From Macrostomum lignano (Eukaryota), in assembly GCA_002269645.1 (NCBI GenBank), contig NIVC01000257.1, forward strand, positions 124,001-188,000: 64,000 nucleotides of DNA, in the 5' to 3' direction. The notes beneath the pieces are model-generated. The model had not been told where the DNA came from. It worked only from the letters and a program-made list of their open reading frames with translations, and made no database searches. Of the stretch, positions 22,870 to 35,224 are shown piece after piece. Both the position numbers and the translations under genes were made by a program. Every line of letters begins with the position of its first letter. The stretch's first letter is position 1.

Positions 22870-25800
22870 CGACAGGTGATGGAGCCGGCCCAGGAGCAAC
22901 CGCAGCAGTTGACAAAGTCTTGCGAACAGGGAGACAACGCTGGAGAAGCGAGTCAACGGGACAGTCGCTGTCTGGACATGGTGCTTGAGCGGCTGCAGAC
23001 TGAACTGGATGGCCTTCGCGTGCACGCTGGTGAGTGGTGGGATCGAGCCTCTGATGGGAGCTTCGTTGATGAACTTCTGGGCCAAGGTAAATGCTACCCA
23101 CAGCCACAGTATAAATCTAACATTTGTTTAGCCTACTCTCTTATAGAAATGCGCAAATTTCAACGAAAAAAACTCTTATCCGAGATCCAATGGAAAGTAG
23201 TCCCTTTAAACCTAAGGGCCTAAGGGCGTGGTCCATCATCTAGCATTTTACTCGTAGAATCTTACCCTGTGGGTCAAACGCGCATACTTAATCGACCAAA
23301 AAGTGCCAATCACAAGCATTTTCTTTTTACACTACTTATAAGTACCAGTTAGTAGTTAACAAAGCTTCTGTGCAGACTTATTTTACAATGTTCTAATTAA
23401 TGACTAGAAACAGTCCCAGATTGATAAAAACATTTTCTTTTTCTTCAATTTTTGTTCAACTATAATTTCAAGACCTGCATGAGACAAAAGTTATTGCGAT
23501 CTCACGGTCGTGACGGGTTGCTTTCACAAGCTCGAAATTTCACATCGAAGACAATAAACTTCACGAGCTTTTTGACAATTTGAAGTTATGAGCTGGTAAA
23601 ATTCTGAGCTTGTGAACATTTCAGCTTGTAAAATGTGGATTTTGTGAATTGTGAAGCTTGTGAGCTGTAGAGCTTGTGAAATGTGAAGCTTGTGAAATGT
23701 GGAGCTTGTAAAACGTTGAGCTTGTGAAATGTGGAGCTTGTGAAATGTGTAGCTTGTGAAATGTGTAGCTTGTGAAATGTGTAGCTTGTGAAATGTGGAG
23801 CTTGTGAAATGTGGAGCTTGTGAAATGTGGAGCTTGTGAAATGTGGAGCTTGTGAAATGTGGAGCTTGACCTTGTGAAATGTGGAGCTTGTGAACTGGGC
23901 AGATGTGGAGCTTGTGAACTGTGGAGCTTGTGAAATGTGGAGCTTGTGAAATGTGGAGCTTGTGAAATGTGGAGCTTGTGAACTGTGGAGCTTGTGAAAT
24001 GTGGAGCTTGTGAAATGTGGAGCTTGTGAACTGTGGAGCTTGTGAACTGTGGAGCTTGTGAACTGTGGAGCTTGTGAACTGTGGAGCTTGTGAAATGTGG
24101 AGCTTGTGAAATGTCGTTGTGAAACGCCCCATCATGGTCCATGGCCTTGGCCAACTAAGTTGACTTTTCGTCAGTCTGAACTTTAGCGGACTGGATAAAA
24201 AGCCAACCTCGTAAGAATATATAAATACGAAAAAAGTGGGCAAGAGAGGACGCCTCAGTAATGTACATAAGCAATGTACATTAGGCTCTCCCCCGGGTTC
24301 TCCTCCCCCAACCCGTCAAACCCTCTAGATTCAGCGAAGCGAGTTCTGGCACCCCGGGGCCCGCGGACCTTATAAAGCATGCCTGCTGTCACAGAGAGCT
24401 TAGTCATCCGCCCTAACTCTCCGACTCCCACTCCTAGAAGCAGCAAAATATAACTGCGACTGCAATCTTTTTGTGGCAAGAACTTGCTTTCGTATTTGTT
24501 TCGAAAGTCGTACTAGGGGTCTCTGACAGGCTACAATATCAAATAGTCACGCTTCAATACTCGAGGCATGACTAATAATTTTTCGTTCGGGATTCGATTA
24601 GACTTCGATTCTACTACCGCATGGAGACACGGTGAGATAACTGACTCGAGTAATTATAATAAATAATAATTGATTACAGCTGCCCTACTGGGCAGATGTG
24701 CAACTGAAGCTATTGCTCGGCGCATCACCCCAGCTAATGCTGGTACCCATTTTACAACGAAGTGTTTTGCTCAAGGACACAAATAGTTGTGGGTGAAGAA
24801 TCGAACTCCCGACCTCAAACTGAATAGTGAGTCCGACGCTCTAACCACTAGGCTACAAACCCCTAAGTATAGCTCGAAAGAGCTGCAAAGAGTTACTATT
24901 TACGAGCGTATTATTTATTGATCAGCCAAAGTCGCAAAGTTGTCAAACTTGATAAATTGGAAAAATCGATATGAAAATTGTTCTGGGCCAGCAAACTGCA
25001 ACCATAGCATGGGTGGATACTAAGGAGCACTCTTCATTCATTCGCACTGCAAGGGTATTGCACTCTGCCGGCTAAGTCGAACTCCGGACCACTGGGAAGC
25101 GGCAGCACCGGTGGCGGCGGAGGCGGCGGCGGCAGGAGCAGCGGCGGCTGGGCTGACGATTCGGACCTGATGGAGAACATAGCCGAGCTCGATCAGCTGC
25201 TGTTGCAGCCGGCGCCGCCAGCCTCCTCAGCATCGTCGTCGTCTGTAGCGGTGGCGTCGAAGACTGCGGCCAGCGATGAAGAGTCCGCGATGGCAACCGC
25301 ACTGCTGGAGTCAATGTGAGTATAGAGTGCCTCACAAGGGGAGGCGGGGAGGGATATACGAGTTCGAGGTCTCATAAACCGTTCTCCATCACCGAAGGTC
25401 CCCGTTCGACGGCGAGCCGCGACACTCGGACTCTGATCAGCAGGAGGAGCAGCAGGAAGAGAACGGCAGCGCTGGTGGGTTGAAGCGCGGCACGAAGTTC
25501 CGCTGGTCGTCTTTCGCCCGGTCACACCGGCCCAATGTCAACCAGCGCGAACTGCAGATATCCGGGATGTCGGTGACGCAGCTGCGGGTGCTACGAAATG
25601 CAGCCTGCGAAGAGATTAACAAGATTGTGCGGCAGCACTGCCCGCCGAATAAGCCGCTGTTCACCTGGTAAGTAAGATTGACTGATGCAAATTCCAATCA
25701 CCAATTTCAGTTGGAGAAATTCTGATTGTACTTATTTTTCCGTTCCACAGGAGTAACCAGAAGCCAGCCAAGCGATCCAAATCTTCTGCGTCGCCGAACG

Positions 25801-27466
25801 CCTCGCCTAGCATCGTTCCCCTCGGCCAGTCATTGCCGGCATCGCCGTCGTCGGCACCGACAGCGGCAAAAACCGCCGTGTTCGGCATGCCGCTGTTCAC
25901 TGTGCAGATGCGCTACGGCCAGCCGCTGCCCTCGGCGGTTATCCACCTGATGCGCCAGCTGCGCCAGAGTGGCGTCTCAGCGCACGGCATCTTCCGCCGG
26001 GCCGGCGGCAAGGCCCGGGTGTCGGCTCTACGGGCCGAGATCGACGCCGACCCGGACAAGTCGGACTTCAGCCGTTGCCAGCCGTACGACCTGGCCGACC
26101 TGGTCAAGGCCTACCTCCGCGAGCTGCCCGAGTGCCTGATCACGCACAAACTGTCGCCAACACTTCTGGCCATATTCAGCCACGTTGAGACCGATTCGGT
26201 GCTTCTGGCGGCCGTGCAGGCGGCTGCGCTCCTACTGCCGGACGAGAATCGGCAGGTGCTGCAGGCACTGCTCTACTTCCTAAACGATTTCGCTGATTGC
26301 TCAGACACCACACAGATGACGCCGTCAAACTTGGCTGTGTGTCTCGCGCCGTCGCTGTTTTACTTTCCGCACCAAGTGGCGGCGGCCACGCCAAGCCGAT
26401 TCCGACGGCCCGGAGGCGGCGCGCCGGACCCGCGAGATCTCGAGGATCACAAAGCTGCAGCGGCCTGTCTGGCCTTCATGATCGACTGTTGCCATCGGAT
26501 GTTCACGGTGAGTTGTCGAAAAAAAACAAACTGATTCGAAAACTCAGTTTTCCATTGATCTTTGCAGTGACGAGACCAGACTTAGGCTCGAATAGAAAAC
26601 CTCGTCTTTTGTCTTCACACCGTCGTAATATTTTTGCACCTGCCAGGTTCCTGACGAGCTGTACCGCCGACTAGCCGAGAGTCGCTCAGAAGAGCTGCAG
26701 GTGCCAATTCTTGACGCCGTGGCTCCGCTAGACTCCATCGGCCGGCGCCACTGCTTTGCTTTTGTTGAAAATCACGCCCAGCTGGTTGCCAGGGAGACCT
26801 GCCAGAACGAAAAATGGGTGCCGTTCAGCCACCGGTCGGGAATCGAGACCTTCTTCAAAGTTGTGGACGATGGCCATCCGTTGCGGTTGTGGAAAGCGTT
26901 GGTCTTGATTGAGGCCGACTCGACTGATGTGCTCAACAGGATTGTCACTGAGAGGTTGGTTTGCTCTTCCTGAACACCTGTACGAATTATTAACCAAAGA
27001 GTTTAGGAGTTCAAGAAGATAAAGTGATCAATTCATAAAGTTCAATGATTTCATTTGCAGCGAGTCCTGGGACCCGGACGTTCTCAAGTCGGAGACTTTA
27101 GAATCGCTAGACGAAGCCTCCGATGTAGTCCGGCGCACCCTGGCGTCCCCGCCAGCCCAGCCAAGCCGCGAGACCTGCCTGCTGCGTGCCTGGCGCTCAG
27201 CCAGCGCCCACAGCCACTCATTGTATTCAACTTCCGTGCGCCTGCCGACCTCTCCGCTAACCCTGTCTGCTCTGGTCCTGGTTGAAGACTGGCTGGTGCA
27301 GTCCGCCGGCCCCGGCGCCACCCGGGTGACACTGCTATCGCGAGTCGACCTGCGCGGCCACAGCATCGAATGGTACGGCTCCACATGGGGCCACGCTGTT
27401 GCCAGACGGCTGGTGCACCTCAAGAAGTCCTTCCAGCGGAAAGCCAGGCCAACGGGAGCTTTGTAA
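14459..27466 (+). CDS. DLC1: SAM-RhoGAP-START protein (DLC1/STARD13/STARD8, crossveinless-c family), ~1030 aa if one frame break is corrected
   Basis: Exons: 14459-14621 (possibly extended by 14298-14397 plus 14445-), 16251-16310, 16463-16514, 17008-17244, optional 21236-21391, 22513-23086, 25054-25315, 25398-25667, 25751-26507, 26647-26954, 27061-27466. SAM-like EAIAICQWLDKTG..QY..RRLSEL; pre-GAP segment FRWSSFARSHRP..LQI; RhoGAP VFGMPL, GIFRRAG (Arg finger), NLAVCLAPSLF; START GHPLRLWK, WDPDVL, SRVDLRGHSIEWY. The 25398-27466 part is certain; linkage to the 14-17 kb exons needs +1 nt near 17175. Confidence 0.85.
14728..15730. repeat. Intronic composite minisatellite: 30-bp unit (14728-14900), then 24-bp units GAAGGCAGTGAAGGTACTGGAAAT / GAATGAAGTGAAGGAACTGGGAAT
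   Basis: Tandem copies; source of the MKELEVQVRE, MKAVKVLE and MNEVKELG pseudo-ORFs. Confidence 0.95.
16640..16860. repeat. Degenerate short tandem repeat (CTGACTCTCACTAATTACC-like)
   Basis: CTGACTCT recurs at roughly 20-23 bp spacing. Confidence 0.65.
17362..19022. repeat. Intronic satellite, 14-bp unit TGTGGATGTCATAC, ~118 copies
   Basis: Long homogeneous array that produces the 593/552-aa CGCHTVDVILWMSY pseudo-ORFs. Confidence 0.98.
19855..20610. repeat. Pyrimidine-rich (CTCCCTT)n-like array with a larger internal duplication
   Basis: Near-pure C/T on the + strand; a block of roughly 270 bp is repeated, visible in the translated ORFs. Confidence 0.92.
21440..21595. repeat. Minisatellite, 20-bp unit AACCATTCACTCATATCATC
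   Basis: About 7 imperfect copies. Confidence 0.85.
23625..24112. repeat. Intronic minisatellite, 16-bp unit GTGGAGCTTGTGAAAT
   Basis: Tandem copies. Confidence 0.95.
24671..24864 (-). mobile_element. tRNA-derived SINE (copy 2, internally deleted), in a DLC-like intron
   Basis: The reverse complement starts AGGGGTTTGTAGCCTAGTGGTTAGAGCGTCGGACTCAC. It shares TTTGTGTCCTTGAG, TGTAAAATGGGT(A/G)CCAGCATTA, GATGCGCCG and the 3' end TAGGGCAG(C/G)TGTAATCA with copy 1, and has an ATT-rich tail. Confidence 0.82.
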
Positions 27467-27639
27467 CCTCCGGGTTAATTTTATTGACCCTCATCAAAGA
27501 CTGCAGCTGCCCAGCAGCAGGATCATTACGGTTAATCTCCTGCTAAAGCCCTCATTATTTCTGTAAAAGAAACACGACCTTTCTTTTCCGCCAACCTTCC
27601 TGATGCTGACCAACATTCTTTGACTAGCAATCTTGACAT

Positions 27640-28140
27640 ACTTGACTCAGCTGCGGGGGGCTCCGTCTATTCGAATACAGCAAGGAGGCGTTGAAGCCCA
27701 TTCTGCTAACCCCTGGCGACCACGGGCAGCTAGTGCTGCGGTGTCGCGCAGAGATCCGGTGGTGCCGGTGTCCGCAGCGCGGTCCCCTTCTGGAGAGTCC
27801 AGGAGGTGGATGGTCGCTTGCCCGGTAGCCCTTAGGTAGCGGACAAGCTGGCAGAGATTCTCGGGCCTGAAAACGTCGGGAAGGTCCTGGTTTGGGTTTG
27901 GGCTGAGGTAGGTGAGCCTGTCCTGAGTAAAGGGGGGCATTCACAGATGAATGGCAAAATGGGCATTCCTCACTGCAGATTTTTCCCTGGAGGTGACGAT
28001 GCCTGGCAAAGCAGCCATGACCGAGAGGGCCATGGTCACCGCCCTGATGTCCCTGCGGTTGAGTCAAAGCAGGGCCCTGCGGAGGACGGGGGAAGGACAG
28101 AGGACAGACCAACAACCTTAACCAACATCAACATCCTCAG
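27640..28140 (-). mobile_element. Decayed 3' fragment of a non-LTR retrotransposon ORF2 (CCHC zinc-knuckle region)
   Basis: Frameshifted pieces LNRRDIRAVTMAL / GHGCFARHRHLQG..CPFC / HFICECP / L..YLRATG match the typical C-terminal domain of I/Loa/R1-like LINEs. Confidence 0.65.
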
Positions 28141-29214
28141 CTGGGCACCATTGCGCCAGTTTCCTGCAAAGCTTCCAAGCGATTAATGCTCTGTTTCCCA
28201 ACTTTATTCAGATACCTGCGCCTCTGTGTTCTCACTCATGATATTTGCTTTATTTTTGTCTGTAAAAAATCTTCTATTCGGCTTGGAGCAACAGAAGATG
28301 AAGATCTTATTAGAAGCGCACAAATGTTGCTGACGTAATGACGCAATTTTTTCAAACCAAAACTATCTTAATTGCGCCTGACTAAAGACAAGATTGGTTT
28401 GCCACTGATTTCAGTTGATTATCCTGCATAAAATGGAGCTGCAATGCGCTTTATTGTACGATGGATCTTCATCTACTTTTCTTGGCTCACACTGTATGTT
28501 GAACTTGAATAGCATAGCATACTATACAGCAATATAATTTGTTCCCGAATGAATCTCTGCATCAACTGCTGCTGGAAACCTTTGCATACTTTGTTCAAGT
28601 TGACTTCATTGTCTATGCAACTCGGCATCAATAGTTGATATATGCTCCATCCAATTTTCAGCTCTGGGCGCGGGTTAGTTAACTTTCTGTTACCCAGGGG
28701 ACGCTTAATTAACTTCGTCTAATTGATCTACTTGTCCGCAGTGTGCAAGCAGCGCCACTATGTACGCTCGTACTGTAGCCCATTATCATTTCCATTCTGT
28801 TATATTTTTGTCATTCGCTATATAATTATACAAGCAACAAGCTATAATCTTTGCTGTTCAAATTTAACATTTTCAGTGCAAATAAATCTGATATAAATAG
28901 CGTGAAAACTCTATGCTCACTACTTACAGTATAGTACTCGCGTCGGGAGATACAAAAATTTGTTTCTTATTTTTGTAGTTTCACTCTCTTAAGATTTAAT
29001 GCTCAATCCACCGCAATTGGAAGTCAAGAATCTTATAACTTTTTTGTTGCGCACCAGCCGCACCTTCTAAACAAAGAATCAAGTCGCCAGCCTTCCAGAC
29101 GGTTGAGATATTCAAGATTTGTTATCAGAAGATCGGATATTTCCCGAAAGCGCTATCGTATTCAACGCATCCCTCAGTGCGGTTTTGTCTACCCTCCAAA
29201 ATTCATTAGCACAA

Positions 29215-29425
29215 CACCTGTCCAGGGTGCCTGCAGAGGGCAGTAGGGCTCGGATGATGTGGTTTGCCAGCCGGAGTCGCCGACGGTGCAACAGTTCGAG
29301 CAAGTCTGCCAGCCTCCAGGTACAGGACAGTCTCGATCACCGCCTGGAACAGCGCGGCCCTCTGGCGGTCAGCCGGGGCCTCGAACTGCAGGACAGCCCT
29401 CACGGAACAGAAGGCAGCCCAGGCA
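29215..29425 (-). mobile_element. Degenerate RTE-like LINE fragment
   Basis: Pieces AALFQAVIETVLY and LHRRRLRLANHIIRA resemble the RTE ORF2 C-terminus; nucleotide similarity to 33670-33710. Confidence 0.55.
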
Positions 29426-29596
29426 GATCTACCTACCTACCTAATTATTAGAACAATTACAATTACACAGTGAAATTTCGAGCTTTTTAAGGTTTGAGTT
29501 TGTGGAAGTTTCGAACAAGCCTGTGATGACAAATAATTAGTTTATTAATAAAATCATCTCCAGCTAACACGTTATTTTGATTGCTCTCCGAGCAAC

Positions 29597-29668
29597 TCCC
29601 CGATGGTCTAGCGGTTAGGATTCCTGGCTCTCACCCAGGCGGCCCGGGTTCGACTCCCGGTCGGGGAA
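29597..29668 (+). tRNA. trnE-CTC: tRNA-Glu (anticodon CTC)
   Basis: 72 nt with acceptor stem TCCCCGA/TCGGGGA, anticodon stem CCTGG/CCAGG around loop CTCTCAC and T-loop GGTTCGACTCC. It has A/B boxes and a T8 Pol III terminator 4 nt downstream. Confidence 0.96.
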
Positions 29669-30708
29669 AACATTTTTTTTTGCAGATTCAAATTATTTTC
29701 GTTTGACCTACGAGTATTATTTAAAAACTAGAATCGTATGTGTATTTTTCTTCATAATTTTACCGAGCCATAAGTCGAAGATCGAGGATCCCGGAACCAA
29801 GCCGATATGTTGCGCAAGTAACTTATTCGACACTAAAAAAATCGCTTATCAACCAGCCAACGTCAAAGCCCACCGAAGCCCACAAAGAGCTAGCTACGTG
29901 TATTTAATAGGAAAAAGCCCGAGGCAGGCAGCCCCTAAAAACGATTACAGCGCGATGCCAGCTGAGAGACTGGGGGCGGGGCCGACCGCTCGGCGAATCC
30001 CGCTGTGCCGTTCCGAGTTGCGTCACACTCTTGTTCCAGCCCGCCCCCCGGACGCTAATCTCCGGTCTGCAGGCAGCCAGACACCCTGCTCCTCCTTAAA
30101 CTCTCCTCACCTTCCCCTGTTCTCCTTCCTCACATGAGTCCACCGAGCACGTTCCCCGTTTGAAGTCATGCGGAGCAGCATATGTATAATACGGTATTGG
30201 TTAATATTAGTTTAGTCTACAATATGCATTTATAATACTTTAAAGTAGTCGCGCCGCCGCACCTCATTAAGCATCGCCCTCCGACTCACCCCGACGGCTA
30301 TTGGGTGATGAGGCCCTTCCGACATGCACAGCTGCAGCTTCCTCGACAGAAGCCCTGCATCCCGTCCCTGTCAGTTACCGTTTTTTTCCTCCACAGCTCC
30401 AGCAGATACTCCCCAGAGCCTCGAAATTGTAGCGATTTATCCCATTAGAGTCTCGGGGTCTATCGGCGAGCTTTTATCAACCTCGTGCGCTGGGAGGCGT
30501 TGCTGAATTTTGAGATAAAAAATAATTTTTATGGCTTGGCCAGAGTTTTCGGGTAAAGCGCTGAGTCACGCGTTCTGAGGGCTCTGGGATTTGAGAGAGT
30601 AGCCACTGCTCAGCAGGATTTATCTTCCCACTCGGTCGAGTCATTGAGTTCGATTATTTGTGGGATCATTTTGCTTTTCTTCTCAAACCGGTATCGAATA
30701 TCCCTCAG

Positions 30709-31665
30709 GTGTGTCCCTTCAGGAGTGTGTGCCATTGTCCCTTCAGGAGTGTGTGCCACTGTCCCTTCAGGAGTGTGTGCCACTGTCCCTTCAGGAGTGT
30801 GTGCCACTGTCCCTTCAGGAGTGTGTGCCACTGTCCCTTCAGGAGTGTGTGCCACTGTCCAGGAGTGTGTGCTGTCCCTTCAGGAGTGTGTGCCACTGTC
30901 CTTTCAGGAGTGTGTGCCACTGTCCCTTCAGGAGTGTGTGCTGTCCCTTCAGGAGTGTGTGCCACTGTCCCTTCATGAGTGTGCGCCACTGTCCCTTCAG
31001 GAGTGTGTGCCACTGTCCCTTCAGGAGTGTGTGAAACTGTCCAGGAGTGTGTGAAACTGTCCAGGAGTGTGTGAAACTGTCCAAGAGTGTGTGAAACTGT
31101 CCCTTCAGGAGTGTGTGAAACTGTCCAGGAGTGTGTGAAACTGTCCAGGAGTGTGTGAAACTGTCCAGGAGTGTGTGAAACTGTCCCTTCAGGAGTGTGT
31201 GAAACTGTCCAGGAGTGTGTGAAACTGTCCAGGAGTGTGTGAAACTGTCCAGGAGTGTGTGAAACTGTCCAGGAGTGTGTGAAACTGTCCCTTCAGGAGT
31301 GTGTGAAACTGTCCAGGAGTGTGTGAAACTGTCCCTTCAGGAGTGTGTGAAACTGTCCAGGAGTGTGTGAAACTGTCCAGGAGTGTGTGAAACTGTCCAG
31401 GAGTGTGTGAAACTGTCCAGGAGTGTGTGAAACTGTCCAGGAGTGTGTGAAACTGTCCAGGAGTGTGTGAAACTGTCCAGGAGTGTGTGAAACTGTCCAG
31501 GAGTGTGTGAAACTGTCCCTTCAGGAGTGTGTGAAACTGTCCAGGAGTGTGTGAAACTGTCCCTTCAGGAGTGTGTGAAACTGTCCAGGAGTGTGTGAAA
31601 CTGTCAGGAGTGTGTGAAACTGTCCCTTCAGGAGTGTGTGATACTGTCCATTCAGGAGTGTGTGC
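30709..31665. repeat. Composite minisatellite: 24-bp TGTCCCTTCAGGAGTGTGTGCCAC grading into 20/24-bp TGTCC(CTTC)AGGAGTGTGTGAAAC
   Basis: Tandem copies with the unit switching at ~31030. Confidence 0.95.
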
Positions 31666-32544
31666 CAATGCCCCAATCCTTCGGGACCGGAACGCAAAAA
31701 CGAGTCAGTATCTTGAGAAGGTCACAACCTCTTGGTAGAAGCTAGCAAGCCTAATGAGCAAACATTCTGAATATATAGGCCAGCATCATTTAATATAAAG
31801 GTTATAGCCCACAGTCAATCACGTGACATATGATCGTCTAGGCTCCTGTCTAAGCATTGCTGCAAACGCAATACGAAATCGCACGCGAAACTATAAACCA
31901 GCCAGCTGTCCGTTTCCATTCCAGTTTTAAATGCTGTGTGTCTCTCAGCTGCATATAGAGACAGATGAAGTATCCATGTGGCTGGCAAAACTTTCTGAAA
32001 CTTTCTCTTCCCTATTGAGCAACCAGGCGAGCTATTATGGGAAGTAGTGGAGCAGGCTGAAAAGGGGAAGAGACGAGCAGGAGGTGAAGTCCGGGACATT
32101 TTTTGGGTGGGACTTATTTGTCAGACTTAGGAGTCAGACAATGGGCTCTCAATGAATGAATGAATGGCGAACTTGAGTGAGTGAGAGCTCCTCCTAAAAA
32201 TATTCCCCCCGGAGAAAGGAAATGTTGAGTATGGCTGGCTAGCTGCAGGAAATTCTACAAGCGGGGATGCTTCTCCAATTCAGCGAGAAACCCGACACCC
32301 ACCCTATCGATATGCGAGTATATGCAACTGCGATCAACACCTTTGTTCTGCTCCTCTCACTACTCTCTTCCCCTCTCAATATACGAATATGCATTCCATT
32401 ATACGATAGCTTTTGGCCCGACGAAGAGCCCATAGGCTATAGAAAACAGTAGCCATTTTTTAGAACTTAATACGCTGTGACCTCTCTTCTCTCTCACTAC
32501 CCCTCCATCTCTCTCTCTCTCCCAGATGGAGAACCTGTAGCGCT

Positions 32545-32598
32545 TGACTGTGGGCCAGAGAAGGGGAGAGAGGAGATAGGAGAGGAGAAGGGAGAGAG

Positions 32599-32634
<36 letters not shown>

Positions 32635-32700
32635 AGAGAGAAGAGAAGAGACCCTTAAGCGGGCTGGATTGCTATTGTGAAGTTTCAAAGGAGCCCTGCT
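32545..32700. mobile_element. Truncated relative of the 13531-13933 MITE
   Basis: Shares GGGCCAGA, GAGAGGAGATAGGAGAGGAG and GGATTGCTATTGTGAAGTTTCA in the same order; no TIRs found. Confidence 0.6.
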
Positions 32701-33524
32701 CTATACCTTTTCTCTATCTCTCTCCCCCTCTCACTCTGCCTCTCTCTCCCTCTTTCTCTCCCTCTACCTCTCTCCCTTTCTAACCTCTATCTCCCTCTCA
32801 ACCTCTCCCCTCTTCCCCCCTATCAATGCTACTGCATGGATCTACTCTTCTGCCCCAAAACTAAATAATATTCTTCATCTTGCCAGCCTCCTCTGTTATG
32901 AAAAGAATCGCTATGTTTAAGATTTCTAAGAATGTGATACTTTTTTAAGACAGTTCACTAACTCAGCTAATGAAGGTTGAGACGCTATGTGGGCTAGTAT
33001 AGCGAATTTATAAGGAGAATCTGGGATAAGGGAAAGCGAAATTCTGCAAAGCGTTTGGTAAGGAATAAAAATATTGATAATAGCGCTCCCAATCCCGTCG
33101 GGGATTAACCTGATTAGCGCTGGGTGTGTGCGCAAGCGATTGCGTAATATCTATCACATGTTGGATGCTGGGACGGACTCGCCACAGATATGCAGATGCG
33201 GGAATTAGGACCGTTTTTGAGATGAGGATGAGAGACTGGAATCAGAAACTGATGGAAGAGGAGAGAGTTGATGAGGCCGAACTGACAGTCCTGGATACTC
33301 TCCTTCCCTAAAATCTGCACCCATATCGACTCATTGATCCCGTCCCGTCATTCGGGATTTGAGAATAGCATTTGCTGACTGACTGAGCAGCTTGACTCCG
33401 CTGTCTTGAAGGGGGGAGGGCGATGTTGCCGTTCTGAGTCTTGACTCACTTTTTGGGATAATTTCGCTGGTACTTGGGATCAAAATGGTCAGGTGTTTTG
33501 GGACGGAGTCTCTGAGGGGGGTTA

Positions 33525-33750
33525 ACAACAACAGCAACAACAAAAACAACAACAACAACAACATACGCTGTCTTAAAGAGATCTACGTCAAAGGCCGCGT
33601 CTCTGGGTTGCCGGGCAGAGTCAGCAAAAAGAAGCTCTTGCACCGGCTTTGTGCGGTACGACTCGGCCGGATGATGTGGCCCCCAGCTGGAGTCGCCGAC
33701 GATGCAACACTGAAACAGGTCACCAGACCAATCTGAATGGATCACCTGTC
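33525..33750 (-). mobile_element. 3' end of an RTE-like LINE with (GTT)n tail
   Basis: Frameshifted LHRRRLQLGGHII..ESYRTKPVQELL, followed on the - strand by a GTT microsatellite tail (AAC repeats at 33525-33562 on +). Confidence 0.6.
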
Positions 33751-33954
33751 AGCGATCAGGGAGTCTAGAGGCCAGGGCTGGGAGACGGAGAAAGGAATCA
33801 GGGCCCAGGGGTCGGGGGTCTCTGGTCTCGACGTACTTGACTTGGCTGCATGGGGGGGGGTCGATGCAGCGTGGAGGCGGAGAGACCACCCATTCCGCTA
33901 GCCCCTGGCGAGCCCCCAGGGGTCAGGGTCAGGCTCAGAGTCAGAATTGGGTTA

Positions 33955-34145
33955 AAGGGGTTGGGGTCAGGGTTTGGAGAAAGGGGGTCAAGGTTTGGAG
34001 AAAGGGGGTCAGGATTTGAAGAAAGGGGGTCAAGATTTGGAGAAAGGGGGTCAGGGTTTGGAGAAAGGGGGTCAGGGTTTGCAGAAAGGAGGTCAGGGTT
34101 TGGAAAAAGGGGGTCAGGATTTGGAGAAAGGGGGTCAGGGTTCGG
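33955..34145. repeat. Minisatellite, 21-bp unit TCAGGGTTTGGAGAAAGGGGG
   Basis: About 9 copies. Confidence 0.9.
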
Positions 34146-35044
34146 AAGAAGGGAGTCAGGGACGTGGGACATGGGTCAGCGATCTGGGATTAATTTGATT
34201 AGGAGAGGACCGGCACGCAGCCATGAAATAAAAATCTGCTTTCCATTAACACCAGGCTCAAGTTCTGTCTGCATATTTATTATTGGATGAAGAATTAAAC
34301 CCTTTCCACATTGTTTATCACTTGTCAAATGCGCGTTGAGTCCTGAAATGAGTTCCTTCAAGTTTTATAGGAAACCAGCGGAAAACATTCTCGATAAGAC
34401 AGATTGCTGCACCAGCACTGCGGAAGGTCAGAACCAAATTTTCTTCATTCCTGACGCTGACAGTAGCTGCGGCAGACGCAGCAAGGACAAAACCAAAACG
34501 CAACAGTCAATTTCCATGACAAACGAGACCAGAAAAGAATATACGAGTTAACAGAAGACAGTACAGAAAAATGCAACAACTTGCTGATCCAGATCCGGGG
34601 CAAAGTTCGAAATATGATACGCACTGTCGCGCGGGCTTTTGTTGATCATGTGACAAAAACAGGAAACTCTTAAGTTGACTGACTTAGTCCTAAAGTCATC
34701 TAAGTTTTAAGTCCAGTTCAAGGTATAATTTCAGTAACAAACGCTTTGAAAGATCTTGCTTTGTACTCGTACTTATTTGCCCTATTTTTGTTAAATTTAG
34801 TGTTTTTCATTGAATAATGAATAGGGTTAGTTAAGTAAAGCTTACTTGACCTGGGCTTGGTAAAGCGAGGAGGAGAAGGGCCATGGCGGAGGGGGGTGGG
34901 TGGTGGGGCCTGGCCGTCTCCTCGCCTGCAATTGGCTGGTGAGGTTCTAGATTGAAAAAGCTTTTAGGATTGAGGTTGGGGTGGTGGGTGTCCTGTTTAA
35001 AATGCTATTAAACCCAGGCCTAACCCTCCGCGTAGGCCTTTAGC

Positions 35045-35215
35045 ATTCATTCCTTGATTATAAAACCAATTCAACCGGTCTTGCGTCTATCTAAATTAGT
35101 TTAGTAATTCCTTGATAATAAAACACTTTGACCTTGGACTGCTAACTTATCTAAATTAGTTTAGTAATTCCTTGATAATAAACACTTTGACCGGACTGCT
35201 AACTTATCTAAATAG
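35045..35215. repeat. 60-bp tandem duplication immediately upstream of the 35225 ORF
   Basis: ATCTAAATTAGTTTAGTAATTCCTTGATAATAAAACACTTTGACC at 35089 and 35149, with degenerate partial copies on either side. Confidence 0.85.
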
Positions 35216-35224
35216 TTTATCAAA

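Noticed and set aside
28290-28480. Inverted AGATGAAGATC / GATCTTCATCT, a possible MITE
   Set aside because: Only an 11-bp match, with no TSD or second copy found.
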